Positions 31,084 to 41,918 of a DNA stretch of 64,000 bases are shown here, piece by piece. Under the pieces are notes generated by a model that saw only the letters and a list, made by a program, of their open reading frames with translations, was not told the origin of the DNA and searched no databases. Source of the DNA: Candidatus Poribacteria bacterium (GTDB lineage Bacteria; Poribacteria; WGA-4E; WGA-3G); the NCBI GenBank assembly GCA_963663765.2, contig CAXXUA010000004.1, positions 768,001 to 832,000 of the forward strand, written 5' to 3'. The translations under genes and the position numbers were made by a program. Position 1 is the stretch's first letter. Every line of letters starts with the position of its first letter.

Positions 31084-31288
31084 TTTTTAGGGAGTGTAAA
31101 GTTTTTTACAATGTGTCTGAACAAGGATTTTCATGATCATCAAGTGATCCAAATTACTTTTTCAAGTGTTTCTACTCGTGTTGGTAGGAATGAACTCCCT
31201 GTCACGACTGTTTGATACATTCCCCGGGTCGCTCCAACCGAAAAAAACAAGGGTTACAAACTCCTCCCACAAGAATATCAAACTACAA

Positions 31289-31410
31289 CAGGACTTACGC
31301 AGTTTTCTTGATTTAATCAAAAATTATGATGAAAATGATGCAATTATCAGCGTTTTTATGGGTTTCCAGCGCGCTTACAAAGCACGCCTACCGTTTTTGC
31401 GTAAGTCCAG
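31289..31410. mobile_element. MITE-A copy (122 bp)
   Basis: TIRs present, 5-bp TSD TACAA. Confidence 0.9.
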
Positions 31411-31554
31411 TACAAATGAATGCCTCTGTAGTTATGAGATGTCTTTGTAGAGTGTCTAAATCAGGATTTTCAAATCAAAGGCATTCATTCCATTGATTTA
31501 GAGGATGTTCCAATAGGTATAATCCCACTTCCCATTTATGCCAGCGACATAAGT

Positions 31555-32094
31555 CTAAGTGTTTAGATTTTCCCGCATGATTCTACCACGCAAGACATAA
31601 TCATCTTTACCATGTCTTACACGGTCAAATTCCGCTTCATTTACTTCTCTTCTTACCACTGCAGGCACACCCATTGCGATTGTTCCGGGAGGAATTTCCT
31701 GTCCTTCACGTACAAGTGTTCCTGCTGCAACTATAGCACGTTCCCCGACTTTGCAGCCTGTCAAGAGGATCGCACCCATTCCAATTAATGCTTCATTACC
31801 GATTGCACAACTGTGAAGAATTGCGCCGTGTCCAATAGTAACATCATCACCGATGTGACACGGTATTTCTTTGTCCATGTGTACCACAGTACCGTCCTGT
31901 ATGTTCGTGCGGCAACCGATAAAGATCGGTTCAAGATCACCCCGCAGCACACAGTTAAACCAAATACTTGAATCCTCGCCAATTTTCACATTGCCGATGA
32001 TCATCGCCCCTGGTGCAACAAAGACTGAAGAATGTACTTCTGGTGTTATTCCCTCATATTCTATAAACATTTTACCATCCTTGACAAGAGACAT
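31555..32094 (-). CDS. Gamma carbonic anhydrase family protein
   Basis: VLRGD, TNIQDGTVVH, TIGHGAILHSC hexapeptide repeats; start may be 32070. Confidence 0.92.
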   Translation of the reverse strand: MSLVKDGKMFIEYEGITPEVHSSVFVAPGAMIIGNVKIGEDSSIWFNCVLRGDLEPIFIGCRTNIQDGTVVHMDKEIPCHIGDDVTIGHGAILHSCAIGNEALIGMGAILLTGCKVGERAIVAAGTLVREGQEIPPGTIAMGVPAVVRREVNEAEFDRVRHGKDDYVLRGRIMRENLNT

Positions 32095-32127
32095 AGAATC
32101 TATTCGTGTGGTTTGAAATACAAAATA

Positions 32128-33768
32128 TTAATTAACGACCAACAATTTGCGTAGGTATTCAACACCTACTTTATACGAAATTGCTAAGATTCCCCAAAGA
32201 ACACTAAGCGAAATTAGAAATAAACCCATATTACTCATGTTCCAAAATATTATGGGTATAATGATAAATGCTACATTAATAAACAAAGTTGTTGTAAAGG
32301 TAACGACCCGTAAAAAAGGTTTGGGTTTGTTTGCCAATTCAGCCATCCACGGTAATGTGCCTATTGTTGTATTCAAGGCACATGCAGTTGGTAATGCTAA
32401 CATAGGAGTCACAAGAAATATCATCCAGTTCTCAACAGGAAATCGCAACACGAGTATAGAAATGAATGACCAAAATTCCGCATATATGAACGCACAAAAC
32501 AGAGATGTCAGATATTTACTTGTATAGACCAAAGTCGGCGTGATAGGCGCAGATTTCATCATCCACCATGTCTTTGCTTCATCTCGTAGTCCGTTACAAC
32601 TAATTCCAAAGGTGATTAGCAAACTATATAGTATAATTTGAACCGTGAGAATTGTTGTGTTGTTTGACAATGCATAGTTACCCTCCACATAAATAATTCC
32701 TATATGAACGACCAAAAAAAGAGTTAGCATAATAATTGCAATCAAACGTCCAGTACGTCTGATGAATACAAAAAAATCTTTCATTATCATTGCATGTAAC
32801 TTACCACGTAAGAAATTGATAGAAAATTGACTCAGTTGAGAAACTGTTGTGTTTACTTCTACGCGAACAGACCTGCGTTTAGATTTTAATAGTCTGATGT
32901 TTTCCCAACCACGTTGGTAAATCCATTGTGCAGTTAGCAATGCTAATACTACAGAAACAACCATAATACAAATTCCAACAAGAATCAGTTGTGACCGCAC
33001 CCAAACCGTAGATTCTGTTCCCCAACTCAAAAGGAAATTTCCCATCCAATTGAGTGGAGACCACGCAGCATTAGTTCCTGTTGAGTTGGTGGAAGCCCAT
33101 TTCAAGAAAAAGTTCTTGAACGGTAGTTCGTCCGTACCAGATATCAATGTGAAGGATAGCAAGAAACCAACAATCACACCAATAGCCTTTCCGAACACCT
33201 TTAAAGTGGTAAATAATCTTGTAGATGAAAAAAATCGTACCATTACCATCATGCTGATTGTTACATAACTTGCTATGATTATAAGTATGCACAAAGCCGC
33301 TGGTATTAGAACAACATAGTAATGCCAAGGAAATTCTGAAATCACACCAAAAACAACCCATGGCGGACCCAAAAAACAGAGAATACTCATTACACGTGAA
33401 ATAGTAATATGAATGAACTTATTGCTGAATATCGTGATAGGTTTTATAGGTGCAGCATGCAACAGATGTGTTTCCTTTGCTTCATATAGAATATCTAAAG
33501 AACTTTCCATCAACTCCTTTACGATGACAATAATTCCAAACACCATGAAACCGTTTATAACACTTAAAAGTAACGGTTCCGGTGCATTGTTAGACCGTAA
33601 GTGCTTAAAAAGTGAATATCCCAAAAATGACAAAGCAACGATGAAAACAAGGTAACCGATCCCCTTAAAAACGTTTTTTCGCCAGACTTGTCCATCTTTG
33701 GTGAAACTGTTCAACCATGCTTGGTAATCTGCTCTTAGCAGTGTTTTGGTGTTTTTCGAAAAATCCAT
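32128..33768 (-). CDS. Putative ABC transporter permease
   Basis: Many TM helices in two repeated halves; follows the ABC ATPase. Confidence 0.8.
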   Translation of the reverse strand: MDFSKNTKTLLRADYQAWLNSFTKDGQVWRKNVFKGIGYLVFIVALSFLGYSLFKHLRSNNAPEPLLLSVINGFMVFGIIVIVKELMESSLDILYEAKETHLLHAAPIKPITIFSNKFIHITISRVMSILCFLGPPWVVFGVISEFPWHYYVVLIPAALCILIIIASYVTISMMVMVRFFSSTRLFTTLKVFGKAIGVIVGFLLSFTLISGTDELPFKNFFLKWASTNSTGTNAAWSPLNWMGNFLLSWGTESTVWVRSQLILVGICIMVVSVVLALLTAQWIYQRGWENIRLLKSKRRSVRVEVNTTVSQLSQFSINFLRGKLHAMIMKDFFVFIRRTGRLIAIIMLTLFLVVHIGIIYVEGNYALSNNTTILTVQIILYSLLITFGISCNGLRDEAKTWWMMKSAPITPTLVYTSKYLTSLFCAFIYAEFWSFISILVLRFPVENWMIFLVTPMLALPTACALNTTIGTLPWMAELANKPKPFLRVVTFTTTLFINVAFIIIPIIFWNMSNMGLFLISLSVLWGILAISYKVGVEYLRKLLVVN

Positions 33769-33807
33769 TTTATTGGGTCATACCAGTATTTTATTGTAAG
33801 AATACTC

Positions 33808-34584
33808 TTATGCCTCAGCAGTGAGATCAAGAAAAATATCTTCTAATGTTTTTGTCCGATGTTCTGAGGTAATACCGGATGGATGTGTATACCTGTCTCT
33901 TTTCTTATTCTGTAATTCTGATAAAGTTCCGACAGCAACAAGTCTACCCTTACTAATGATACCAACTCTATCACAGATACGTTCAGCAATTTCAAGAATA
34001 TGCGTTGTCATGAAGACTGTTGACCCTTGTTCACAACGTTGACGTAAAATTTCTCTGACAGTACGAGCACTTTTTGGATCTAATCCGCTTGTAGGTTCAT
34101 CAAGGAAAAGTATCTGAGGATGGTGTATCAAAACAGAAATGAGTAGGATTTTTTTCTTCATCCCGTAGGAATAACCTTTTATTAGGTCATCAGCAGCATC
34201 AACGAGTTCAAGTTGTTCAAGCATCTCACCCATTTCATCTTCTGCTTGTTGTGGTGTCACTTCATATAAATCTGCAATCATACGTACAAACTGTCTTCCA
34301 CTTAACGCTTCGTATAGTTGGGGTGTATCAGGCATCAGACCGAGAATCGCTTTTGCTTCTAAACTCTGATCTTGGATATCGTAACCCCCGAGTGTGGCAG
34401 TACCAGAAGTCGGACGCAGTAAACCCGTTAGCATATTGATGGTAGTAGTCTTTCCTGCTCCGTTGGGACCGAGAAAACCAAATATTTCACCGGAATCTAC
34501 GTTCAGCATGAGTGCATCGACCGCACACAATTCACCGAAATATTTCGTCAGATTATGCGTTTCAATCATTTTGACTACTGCCAA
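33808..34584 (-). CDS. ABC transporter ATP-binding protein
   Basis: GPNGAGKTT, YSYGM signature, FLDEP, TTH; start may be 34569. Confidence 0.95.
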   Translation of the reverse strand: MAVVKMIETHNLTKYFGELCAVDALMLNVDSGEIFGFLGPNGAGKTTTINMLTGLLRPTSGTATLGGYDIQDQSLEAKAILGLMPDTPQLYEALSGRQFVRMIADLYEVTPQQAEDEMGEMLEQLELVDAADDLIKGYSYGMKKKILLISVLIHHPQILFLDEPTSGLDPKSARTVREILRQRCEQGSTVFMTTHILEIAERICDRVGIISKGRLVAVGTLSELQNKKRDRYTHPSGITSEHRTKTLEDIFLDLTAEA

Positions 34585-35236
34585 GAATATCCTTTTTTAA
34601 TGCTGCAAGTGCTTCATCAACGTTAAAACCTTCTTCCTTTTTATTCATGTCCTGATTGTTTTTTCGTTGTCTACGTTTTTCCCAAACTATTGCTTCTGCT
34701 TCTGCATTTCTCAGTTCCTTTTCAGCTTGATGTATAGCGATTCTTGCATCAGATAGTTCAAATTCAGCTAATAACTTATTGAAGTTTGCACGGGATTTTG
34801 CTTGTTGATGACGTTGAGATAGGTTATCAAGGTCGACTGATGTGGATCGAAACTGTTGATATATCTCCTTAAGGGCAGCTATTAGGTCTGCTACAATTGC
34901 TTCTTGAGCATGTATTTGTGTTTCTAATTCATTTACTCTATTCTGATGCTGATATACTCTCTGTTGTGCATCATTATTAGTTTCTGAATCTTGAGTCTGA
35001 GAAACTAACTCAGCTTTTTCACGCGATCTGTTTAATGTTTGAACAGCTTGTTGGTATTCTGTCTTGAGTAGCTGTTCTTTTGCAATTTCTGTAGCAACAA
35101 ACGTCTTCGCTTCTTCAATGCGCATTTTCATTTCATCAGTTGCACTATCAACATTGTTTTCGTTACTTTCTGCGGAATCTATGAATTGATTGATGCCGTC
35201 TTTGAGTTGTTCTGATATCTGCTTTAGTGTTTTCAT
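34562..35236 (-). CDS. PspA/IM30-like coiled-coil protein
   Basis: Long coiled coil, C-terminal VDEALAALKK; ATG 35236 after GGAGG. Confidence 0.7.
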   Translation of the reverse strand: MKTLKQISEQLKDGINQFIDSAESNENNVDSATDEMKMRIEEAKTFVATEIAKEQLLKTEYQQAVQTLNRSREKAELVSQTQDSETNNDAQQRVYQHQNRVNELETQIHAQEAIVADLIAALKEIYQQFRSTSVDLDNLSQRHQQAKSRANFNKLLAEFELSDARIAIHQAEKELRNAEAEAIVWEKRRQRKNNQDMNKKEEGFNVDEALAALKKDILGSSQND

Positions 35237-35330
35237 GAGTACAATACCTCCAAGATGTATCACGTTAAAAAACATTGACTTCTTTAAAATAGAGACATTT
35301 GAAAATATTAAGATAGAGAATACTTAAATG

Positions 35331-36203
35331 CTACAACGATTCATAATTAGCATTTACAAGTTCTATTCCATAGATTTTTAGTCTACGCATGATACTATGA
35401 ATAGCGGGGATATTGTTATCAATCAAGATAGAAGATCGGCTATTTAAAGCTGCCGCTTCCCCGAATGATCCACTACCAGCAAAAAAATCCAAAACCGTAT
35501 CCCCAGGAGATGAATGCACTTTGACGATTCTATTGAGGATTCCAAGAGGTTTCTGTGTCGGATACCCAGTTTTTTCCTGTCCATTCGTACTGACAATTGT
35601 GTGCCACCAAACATCAGTAGGAGTTTTCCCGCGGGCTGCCTTCTCTTTTCCTACCAATCCTGGTGCCATATATGGAATCCTGTCCATTTCTTCATAGTGA
35701 AAAGTGTAATCTTTTGGTGATTTGACGTACCATAATATGTTGTCATGTTTCGCTGGCCATCGCGATTTTGACCTACCTCCAAAGTCATAAGCCCAGATGA
35801 TTTCGTTCACAAAGCAGTCGCGTCCGAATACATCGTCAAGTACCACTTTGCAATAATGCACTTCCCGGTAGTCAATATGCAAGAAAAAACTACCGTTAGG
35901 TTGTAGGACACGGTATGCCTCTTCAAAACGGGGTCGCAAAAACTTCAAATAAGCATCCGAACTCTCAAATTTGTCAACGTACTTCCTTGTTTTTCCCTTG
36001 TTAGTCCGATATGTTTTTCCTTGAAAACCTATTCGGTCACCTTTATCATCCTGTTCCACCTGTATTTCTGTGTGAAGTCGGTATTTTCCAGTGTTAAATG
36101 GAGGGTCTATGTAGATAAGATCAACACTCTCATCATCGACATATTCCTGAAGAATGTTAAGGTTATCCCCATAATAGAGATGATGTTTTGAATTACAGAT
36201 CAT
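35331..36203 (-). CDS. Site-specific DNA methyltransferase (N6A/N4C, beta class)
   Basis: IDPPF catalytic motif precedes LDFFAGSG SAM motif; YPTQKP. Confidence 0.92.
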   Translation of the reverse strand: MICNSKHHLYYGDNLNILQEYVDDESVDLIYIDPPFNTGKYRLHTEIQVEQDDKGDRIGFQGKTYRTNKGKTRKYVDKFESSDAYLKFLRPRFEEAYRVLQPNGSFFLHIDYREVHYCKVVLDDVFGRDCFVNEIIWAYDFGGRSKSRWPAKHDNILWYVKSPKDYTFHYEEMDRIPYMAPGLVGKEKAARGKTPTDVWWHTIVSTNGQEKTGYPTQKPLGILNRIVKVHSSPGDTVLDFFAGSGSFGEAAALNSRSSILIDNNIPAIHSIMRRLKIYGIELVNANYESL

Positions 36204-36375
36204 TGATATTTCGTTGATGCAAAAAGTATTGCTTTTATTGTGATTTTACTTTTTTGTGGAAAAATTATATCAGAGTATGTATAATTTATCAACTATATTG
36301 TCTTTCATATTTGTAAACTTTCAAACAGATGTGTAACAGACGTGTATTGTCAGTCGGATTGAAAACATACATAAT

Positions 36376-36603
36376 CAGGACTTACGCAGTTATATTGATT
36401 TAATCAAATATTATTAAGAAAATGACGTAATTTTGAGCATTTTTATGGTTTCCAGCGTGCATACAAAGTACCAAATCAAAACCTCAATGTTACAAATACC
36501 ATTTAGGTTTTTGGTCAATTCAACGTCAAATGCACGTAAGGCATTCTGCGGATATCAATACCATTTAGGGATTCCCCGCCTACAATTTAGAACGAAAGTC
36601 CTG
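36376..36603. mobile_element. Degenerate MITE-A copy with several nested 35-nt units
   Basis: Left TIR intact, right end AAGTCCTG, TAAT repeat on both sides; interior ends ATTCCCCG-CCTAC. Confidence 0.75.
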
Positions 36604-36659
36604 TAATAGTAAGAAACAAATCACTTTATTAAAGACAATAAAAGTAGGAAAATACAATC

Positions 36660-37787
36660 ATGCGAATATTTTGTAAAATTATCCTTCTCATCATCTTTAT
36701 TATCCAAATTGGTTGTAGTGTTATTCTTTTTGATAAACCAAGTCGGGAGACGGTTTCGCAGTTAAAACAAGAATACGCTGTCAAATTAGCTTCTACATGG
36801 AAAGCTGATCAAGCCGATGAACTATTAAAAACGTTTAACTCTATTTTTTTAAACGCTGAAGATGTAAATAAAAGTACGACTTCTTCTGTCTGGAAGATCA
36901 GTAAAGAAGTCTTAGAAGAGGATATCTACATTGAATCTGTACAGAACATGGAACACGTTACTGTAAGTAGTGATGTTTTTGTAAGTAAAGAATCTAATGA
37001 AGAAAATTCTCAAGAAGAAAATTCCCAAGAAGTAGTCTTATCTAATCAACGACTTTATCGGGTTGTCGCACAATTCATGACGAAGAATTGGACAAATACG
37101 CCTGCAGTAAAACTAATTCTGAGAGATGGCACAGACAGAAATGCAATAGAATTCGTGCTGAAAGAAATGTACGGACTGAGCTTAGTTCGTAAAGAGACAC
37201 CTGAAGCAGAAAATATCGGTCAAAAACTACAAAAATACATAGGCAAAATACACTTAACACAATTCAAAAACAAAGAACTTATGCAACTCATGTCTGTTTA
37301 TGATAAATTCCCTAAAGGACTAAACAAAATTCCTAAGTTAAAATACCTTGCTCTGAGTCAGAAGGCACCGTACGCAGGTTCAGCGTGGATAGTTGCAGAT
37401 TGTGTGGAGTATGCTCACTTTACTTTTCGCATAAAAAATCAGAATGAGTTTCAACGTATAATCATTCATGAAAAAGCACATTTTCTATGGGAGTATGCGC
37501 TAAATGGCAAGCTCAGAACACAGTGGTCAGAACTTGGCGGTTGGTACAAAGACCCAAATAATAAGAATAGATGGTTAAAATCCAAAAGCCGAAAAGAATT
37601 TGTTACTGCTTATGCATACTCAAAAAATCCAAATGAAGATTGGGCAGAAAGTGTAGCATATTATCTTATCCATCCTGATAAACTTCGTTCAGTCTCACAA
37701 ACCAAGTATGAATTTATTGACCGTGTCATGGAAAAATATAGTGATGGTAGGGTTTCATTCAAACGATTGCAACAATTGGAAGATTGA
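36660..37787 (+). CDS. Putative lipoprotein with zinc metallopeptidase-like domain
   Basis: IGC lipobox-like site; HEKAH (HExxH) and downstream YAYSKNPNEDWAE. Confidence 0.65.
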   Translation: MRIFCKIILLIIFIIQIGCSVILFDKPSRETVSQLKQEYAVKLASTWKADQADELLKTFNSIFLNAEDVNKSTTSSVWKISKEVLEEDIYIESVQNMEHVTVSSDVFVSKESNEENSQEENSQEVVLSNQRLYRVVAQFMTKNWTNTPAVKLILRDGTDRNAIEFVLKEMYGLSLVRKETPEAENIGQKLQKYIGKIHLTQFKNKELMQLMSVYDKFPKGLNKIPKLKYLALSQKAPYAGSAWIVADCVEYAHFTFRIKNQNEFQRIIIHEKAHFLWEYALNGKLRTQWSELGGWYKDPNNKNRWLKSKSRKEFVTAYAYSKNPNEDWAESVAYYLIHPDKLRSVSQTKYEFIDRVMEKYSDGRVSFKRLQQLED

Positions 37788-37887
37788 CCCGGATTATACA
37801 TTTATCTTGACGAGACTTATGTTATTGTGTAAAATTGTGGTGTATGCAGAATCATAGAAAAAAATAGATGCTATTGGAGGATGCTAT

Positions 37888-38301
37888 ATGAGTGTCTTAC
37901 TCGGATTAGACGTAGGGGATGTAAGGATTGGCGTAGCAGTGAGTGATGTTCTTGGTAGTGGCGCGCACCCGTTATGTACACTGACTCGCACTAATCGACA
38001 ACGGGATATCACTGCAATCGGAGATCTGGCATCTATACACAACGTTGAACGAATCATCATAGGTCTGCCAATTTCTCTTGATGGAACCATAGGCACACAA
38101 GCAGAGAAAATACAGAAATTTGGCGCGCGTCTTTCCAAAGGACTCCAAATTCCAGTTGAGTTTCAGGATGAAAGGTTTACAACCACAGAAGCAGAAGATA
38201 TTTTGGATAAAGTAGAAATGGATCCCAAAGAACGAAAAAAAATCATTGACCAAGTATCAGCTGTGATTATATTGGATGAGTATCTTCAAAATAATAATTA
38301 A
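37888..38301 (+). CDS. ruvX: Holliday junction resolvase-like RuvX/YqgF nuclease
   Basis: LGLDVGDVRIGVAVSD, IGLP, DERFTT, IDQVSA. Confidence 0.94.
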   Translation: MSVLLGLDVGDVRIGVAVSDVLGSGAHPLCTLTRTNRQRDITAIGDLASIHNVERIIIGLPISLDGTIGTQAEKIQKFGARLSKGLQIPVEFQDERFTTTEAEDILDKVEMDPKERKKIIDQVSAVIILDEYLQNNN

Positions 38302-38386
38302 GAAAAGAAAGGATTGGGTTTTCATAGTTTGCTAACTTGATGCAACAAGATTAGTATTATATACAGTTATAATATGGAGGTATGCA

Positions 38387-39427
38387 ATGTTCCTGCATAA
38401 AATCAGAACAGTTTTGGCTCGGAAACGAGTACAACAGGTTGGCATTGACATACTCGGTTGCATCGGAATTACCTGCTTCTTCATCGTAATGATTGGTTCA
38501 TACTACATTGCTCCAATTGCATCATCAGAGGAGTTAGTAGAAATAACAGTTGAACCTGGTAGCAGCACAACAACTATTGCAAACCTTCTTGTAAAAAACG
38601 ATTTAATCCGAAGTCCATTTGCGTTCAAACTCACAGTACGATATGAAGGTATTGGAAAACAACTACAAGCAGGAAACTATCAACTCAGTCGGGATATGTC
38701 ACTCCCGCGGATTATTGATGAACTCAAAAAAGGACAAATTGAGTATAGGACTTTCACTGTTCCTGAAGGAATTACAGTATTGAAAATTGCTGATCTTTGG
38801 GAAGCTTCTAACTTAGGTACGGTAAATGATTTTATTGAAGCAATGCAAGCACCAGAATTGCTGGCAAAGTATGTACCTGAAGGAACTTCAGCAGAAGGTT
38901 ACCTGTTTCCAAACACTTACAAATTTTCAAAAGGAAGTAATGCTGAAGTAATAGTTAATATGATGTTGACTGAATCCCATAAGATATGGACTGAGACAAT
39001 GGCAGAAGATGCAAAGTCATTAGGATTAACACGACATCAAGTGATGACACTTGCTTCTATTGTCCAAAGAGAAGCAGGTTCAAAAGATGAGATGCCATTA
39101 ATTGCAGGTGTCTTTCACAACAGACTGAAATCAAACTGGAAACTGCAGGCAGACCCTACCGTGCTTTACGTATTAGGAGAACCTGATCGCTTACTGACAA
39201 GAAAAGATTGGAAATATCAATCCCCTTATAATACGTATTTACACAAAGGATTGCCACCAGGTCCTATCGGAAATCCCGGTATGGATGCTATTTTAGCCGT
39301 TTTGAAACCAGAAAAAACATCTTATTACTATTTTGTTGCAATAGAAAAGGGAAAACACCATTTTTCCAAAACACTCGCAGAACACAATCGAATGATATAT
39401 GAGATTAAGAGAAGAAAAGTTAACTAA
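38387..39427 (+). CDS. mltG: Endolytic transglycosylase
   Basis: TVPEG, EGYLFPNTY, LASIVQRE, LQADPT, SPYNTY, GLPPGPI. Confidence 0.95.
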   Translation: MFLHKIRTVLARKRVQQVGIDILGCIGITCFFIVMIGSYYIAPIASSEELVEITVEPGSSTTTIANLLVKNDLIRSPFAFKLTVRYEGIGKQLQAGNYQLSRDMSLPRIIDELKKGQIEYRTFTVPEGITVLKIADLWEASNLGTVNDFIEAMQAPELLAKYVPEGTSAEGYLFPNTYKFSKGSNAEVIVNMMLTESHKIWTETMAEDAKSLGLTRHQVMTLASIVQREAGSKDEMPLIAGVFHNRLKSNWKLQADPTVLYVLGEPDRLLTRKDWKYQSPYNTYLHKGLPPGPIGNPGMDAILAVLKPEKTSYYYFVAIEKGKHHFSKTLAEHNRMIYEIKRRKVN

Positions 39428-39477
39428 CATATTCCGATGAACTTTATTACAACTCGTTTGTACTATTTTCATAAACA

Positions 39478-39599
39478 CAGGCCTTACGCAGTTTTCATGA
39501 TTTGATGAAGAATTATGACGAAAATGGTGTAATTTTCAGCATTTTTTCGGTTTCCAGCGCGCTTACAAAGCGCGCCTACCGTTGGGTGCGTAAGTCCTG
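39478..39599. mobile_element. MITE-A copy (122 bp)
   Basis: TIRs present, 5-bp TSD AAACA. Confidence 0.9.
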
Positions 39600-39634
39600 A
39601 AACATATACAATTGAACGGAGTCAAACATAATAT

Positions 39635-40945
39635 ATGGGTATAGTTGAATCGCAACAAACACTTCATTCCGATATTACAATATCTGGTGTTGGACTGATG
39701 TTGGGTGCACCTGTTGACCTGACACTAAAACCAGCAACTGCAGACTCTGGTATTGTGTTTCAACGGATTGATCAACAAGGCACATCTGAGGTGAAAGTCT
39801 GTCCAGAAAATTGGGTAGATGTCCTCCCACGCTGCACAAGTCTGCAAGACAACGGCACAACAATTAGCAGCATTGAACATCTTATGTCTGCACTTGCAGG
39901 ACTTAGGATTGACAATGTGAAAATAGAGCTCAACGCACAAGAACCTCCTGCCCTTGACGGTAGTGCATTAGCCTACATTACAAAAATTCAAGAAGTAGGA
40001 CTGAAGCAGTTGGAAATCCCACGTCGATACATTGAAATTACAGAACCTATTGCTATTTCCGATGAGAATAAACAACTGATATTCCTACCATCTGATACAT
40101 TTGAAATTACCTTTGCTTACGATCATCCTGGTACTGAACCCCAATTCGCTACTTGGAAAATGACTGAAGAGACCTATATCAACGAAATTGCCCCCGCACG
40201 CAGCTTCTGTTTTGAATCAGAAATTGAAGCATTACAGTCTTTAGGAATTGGGAAGGGGGCAAGTTATGATAACGTCCTTATCGTTAAAGCAGAAGGAGAG
40301 ACCAGTTCCAAGTTACGCTTCAAAGATGAATATGTCCGACACAAAACTCTTGATCTCATCGGTGATCTTTACCTCGCAGGACATTTACCTAAGGCTCAGG
40401 TTATCGCAATGCGAACTGGACATCAATTCCATGCACAATTTGTTCAAGCATTAGCAGAAAAAGGTATATTGGATACACTAAAAACGAATGAAAGTAAAGT
40501 AATCCAGACAGTTGAAGCAAAAGATATATACCGAATTCTTCCACACAGACACCCGATGTGTTTGGTTGACCGAGTCATTGAATATGAAAACGGTACACGT
40601 GCAGTCGGTATAAAAAATCTAACCTATAACGAACCTATATTTGAGGGACATTTTCCCGTACAGCCTGTGATGCCGGGAGTTTTACAGGTTGAGGCACTTG
40701 CACAACTCGGTGCATGGTTGTTACTGCAGGAAATCGGCGAAGAGGATCAACTCGGGTATTTTCGTTCCATCAGCAAAGCAACCTTTAGAAAAACTGTCAT
40801 CCCAGGTGACCAACTACGATTAGAAGTTGAAATTGTACAACGTCGCAGTAATTTAGCACGTATTATGGGTGAGATATATGTTGATGGTGCACTTGCAACT
40901 GAAACTGAATTATCCATTGCTCTTGCATCAACAGAAAAAAAATAG
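39635..40945 (+). CDS. lpxC: Bifunctional LpxC/FabZ
   Basis: IEHLMSAL, HKTLDLIGD (LpxC); LPHRHPM, GHFP, MPGVLQVEALAQ (FabZ). Confidence 0.93.
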   Translation: MGIVESQQTLHSDITISGVGLMLGAPVDLTLKPATADSGIVFQRIDQQGTSEVKVCPENWVDVLPRCTSLQDNGTTISSIEHLMSALAGLRIDNVKIELNAQEPPALDGSALAYITKIQEVGLKQLEIPRRYIEITEPIAISDENKQLIFLPSDTFEITFAYDHPGTEPQFATWKMTEETYINEIAPARSFCFESEIEALQSLGIGKGASYDNVLIVKAEGETSSKLRFKDEYVRHKTLDLIGDLYLAGHLPKAQVIAMRTGHQFHAQFVQALAEKGILDTLKTNESKVIQTVEAKDIYRILPHRHPMCLVDRVIEYENGTRAVGIKNLTYNEPIFEGHFPVQPVMPGVLQVEALAQLGAWLLLQEIGEEDQLGYFRSISKATFRKTVIPGDQLRLEVEIVQRRSNLARIMGEIYVDGALATETELSIALASTEKK

Positions 40946-41014
40946 ACAAAAACTTCACTGGTTTCCATGTATAAATCTATCAATAGTCATATCATTAAAA
41001 AGTAGAGGCAATTT

Positions 41015-41845
41015 GTGACAGAGACAAACATTCATCCAACAGCAATTATATCACCAAATTCAGAACTGGGAGAAGGCGTTCAAATCGGTCCTTATTCACT
41101 TGTTGAAGACTATGCCCAAATTGGTGCAAATACCGTCATAGGTCCCCACGTGCAGATTGATAAGTGGACAACAATCGGTGAAAATTGCAAAATCTATTTC
41201 GGAGCCACACTCGGTAATCCCTCAAAAGACCTAAAGTATAAGGGAGAACGAAGTTTTGCTCGCATCGGGAATGGAAATGTGATACGTGAATATGTCTCTA
41301 TTTCTCGCTCAACTTTTGAAGATGGTGAAACAGTTGTCGGTGATAATAATCTTCTCATGAATTGGGTCAACATCGCTCATGATTGTATCGTCGGTAGCAG
41401 AATAATTATGGCAAATTTCGCTTCTCTTGCAGGACACGTAACAATAGAGGATGATGCACGACTTGGCGCTTATGCTGCACTACATCAGTTTGTTCGTGTC
41501 GGTAAAATGGCGATGGCAGGTGGCTGCTCTAAAATTGTCCAAGACATCCCACCTTTTTCACTTTCCGCTGGTCAACCTGCCCGTGTACGAGATCTCAATC
41601 GCCTCGGAATCCGCACATCCCGGATTAATCCGTTATCCAAACTTTCCCCTGAAACATTTGAACTCCTTAAGAAAGCTTTCCGTCTATTATTCCGTTCTGG
41701 GTTGCCTTTGCGGCATGCTGTGGCAAAAGCAAGAGAGGAATTACCCCAAGACCCAGAAGTCGAATATCTCCTACAGTTTATAGAAACCTCCCAACGCGGC
41801 ATCGGGTTTAGCCATCCGAATCGTCCTGTAAAAGGTGATGGATGA
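41015..41845 (+). CDS. lpxA: Acyl-ACP--UDP-N-acetylglucosamine O-acyltransferase
   Basis: Hexapeptide repeats, DLKY, IREY, AHDC, LAGHV, HQF. Confidence 0.95.
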   Translation: MTETNIHPTAIISPNSELGEGVQIGPYSLVEDYAQIGANTVIGPHVQIDKWTTIGENCKIYFGATLGNPSKDLKYKGERSFARIGNGNVIREYVSISRSTFEDGETVVGDNNLLMNWVNIAHDCIVGSRIIMANFASLAGHVTIEDDARLGAYAALHQFVRVGKMAMAGGCSKIVQDIPPFSLSAGQPARVRDLNRLGIRTSRINPLSKLSPETFELLKKAFRLLFRSGLPLRHAVAKAREELPQDPEVEYLLQFIETSQRGIGFSHPNRPVKGDG

Positions 41846-41918
41846 GAATTGTTGTAAAAGCAATATTTTAAGGGTGGTAAAAATTAGCTAAAGATACCAA
41901 TACGTTTAGGAGAAAACC

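Noticed and set aside
31166-31450. 94-aa ORF
   Set aside because: Runs through REP fragments and a MITE-A copy; no protein features
39635-40945. LpxC-FabZ fusion as a novelty
   Set aside because: This fusion is well known in several phyla
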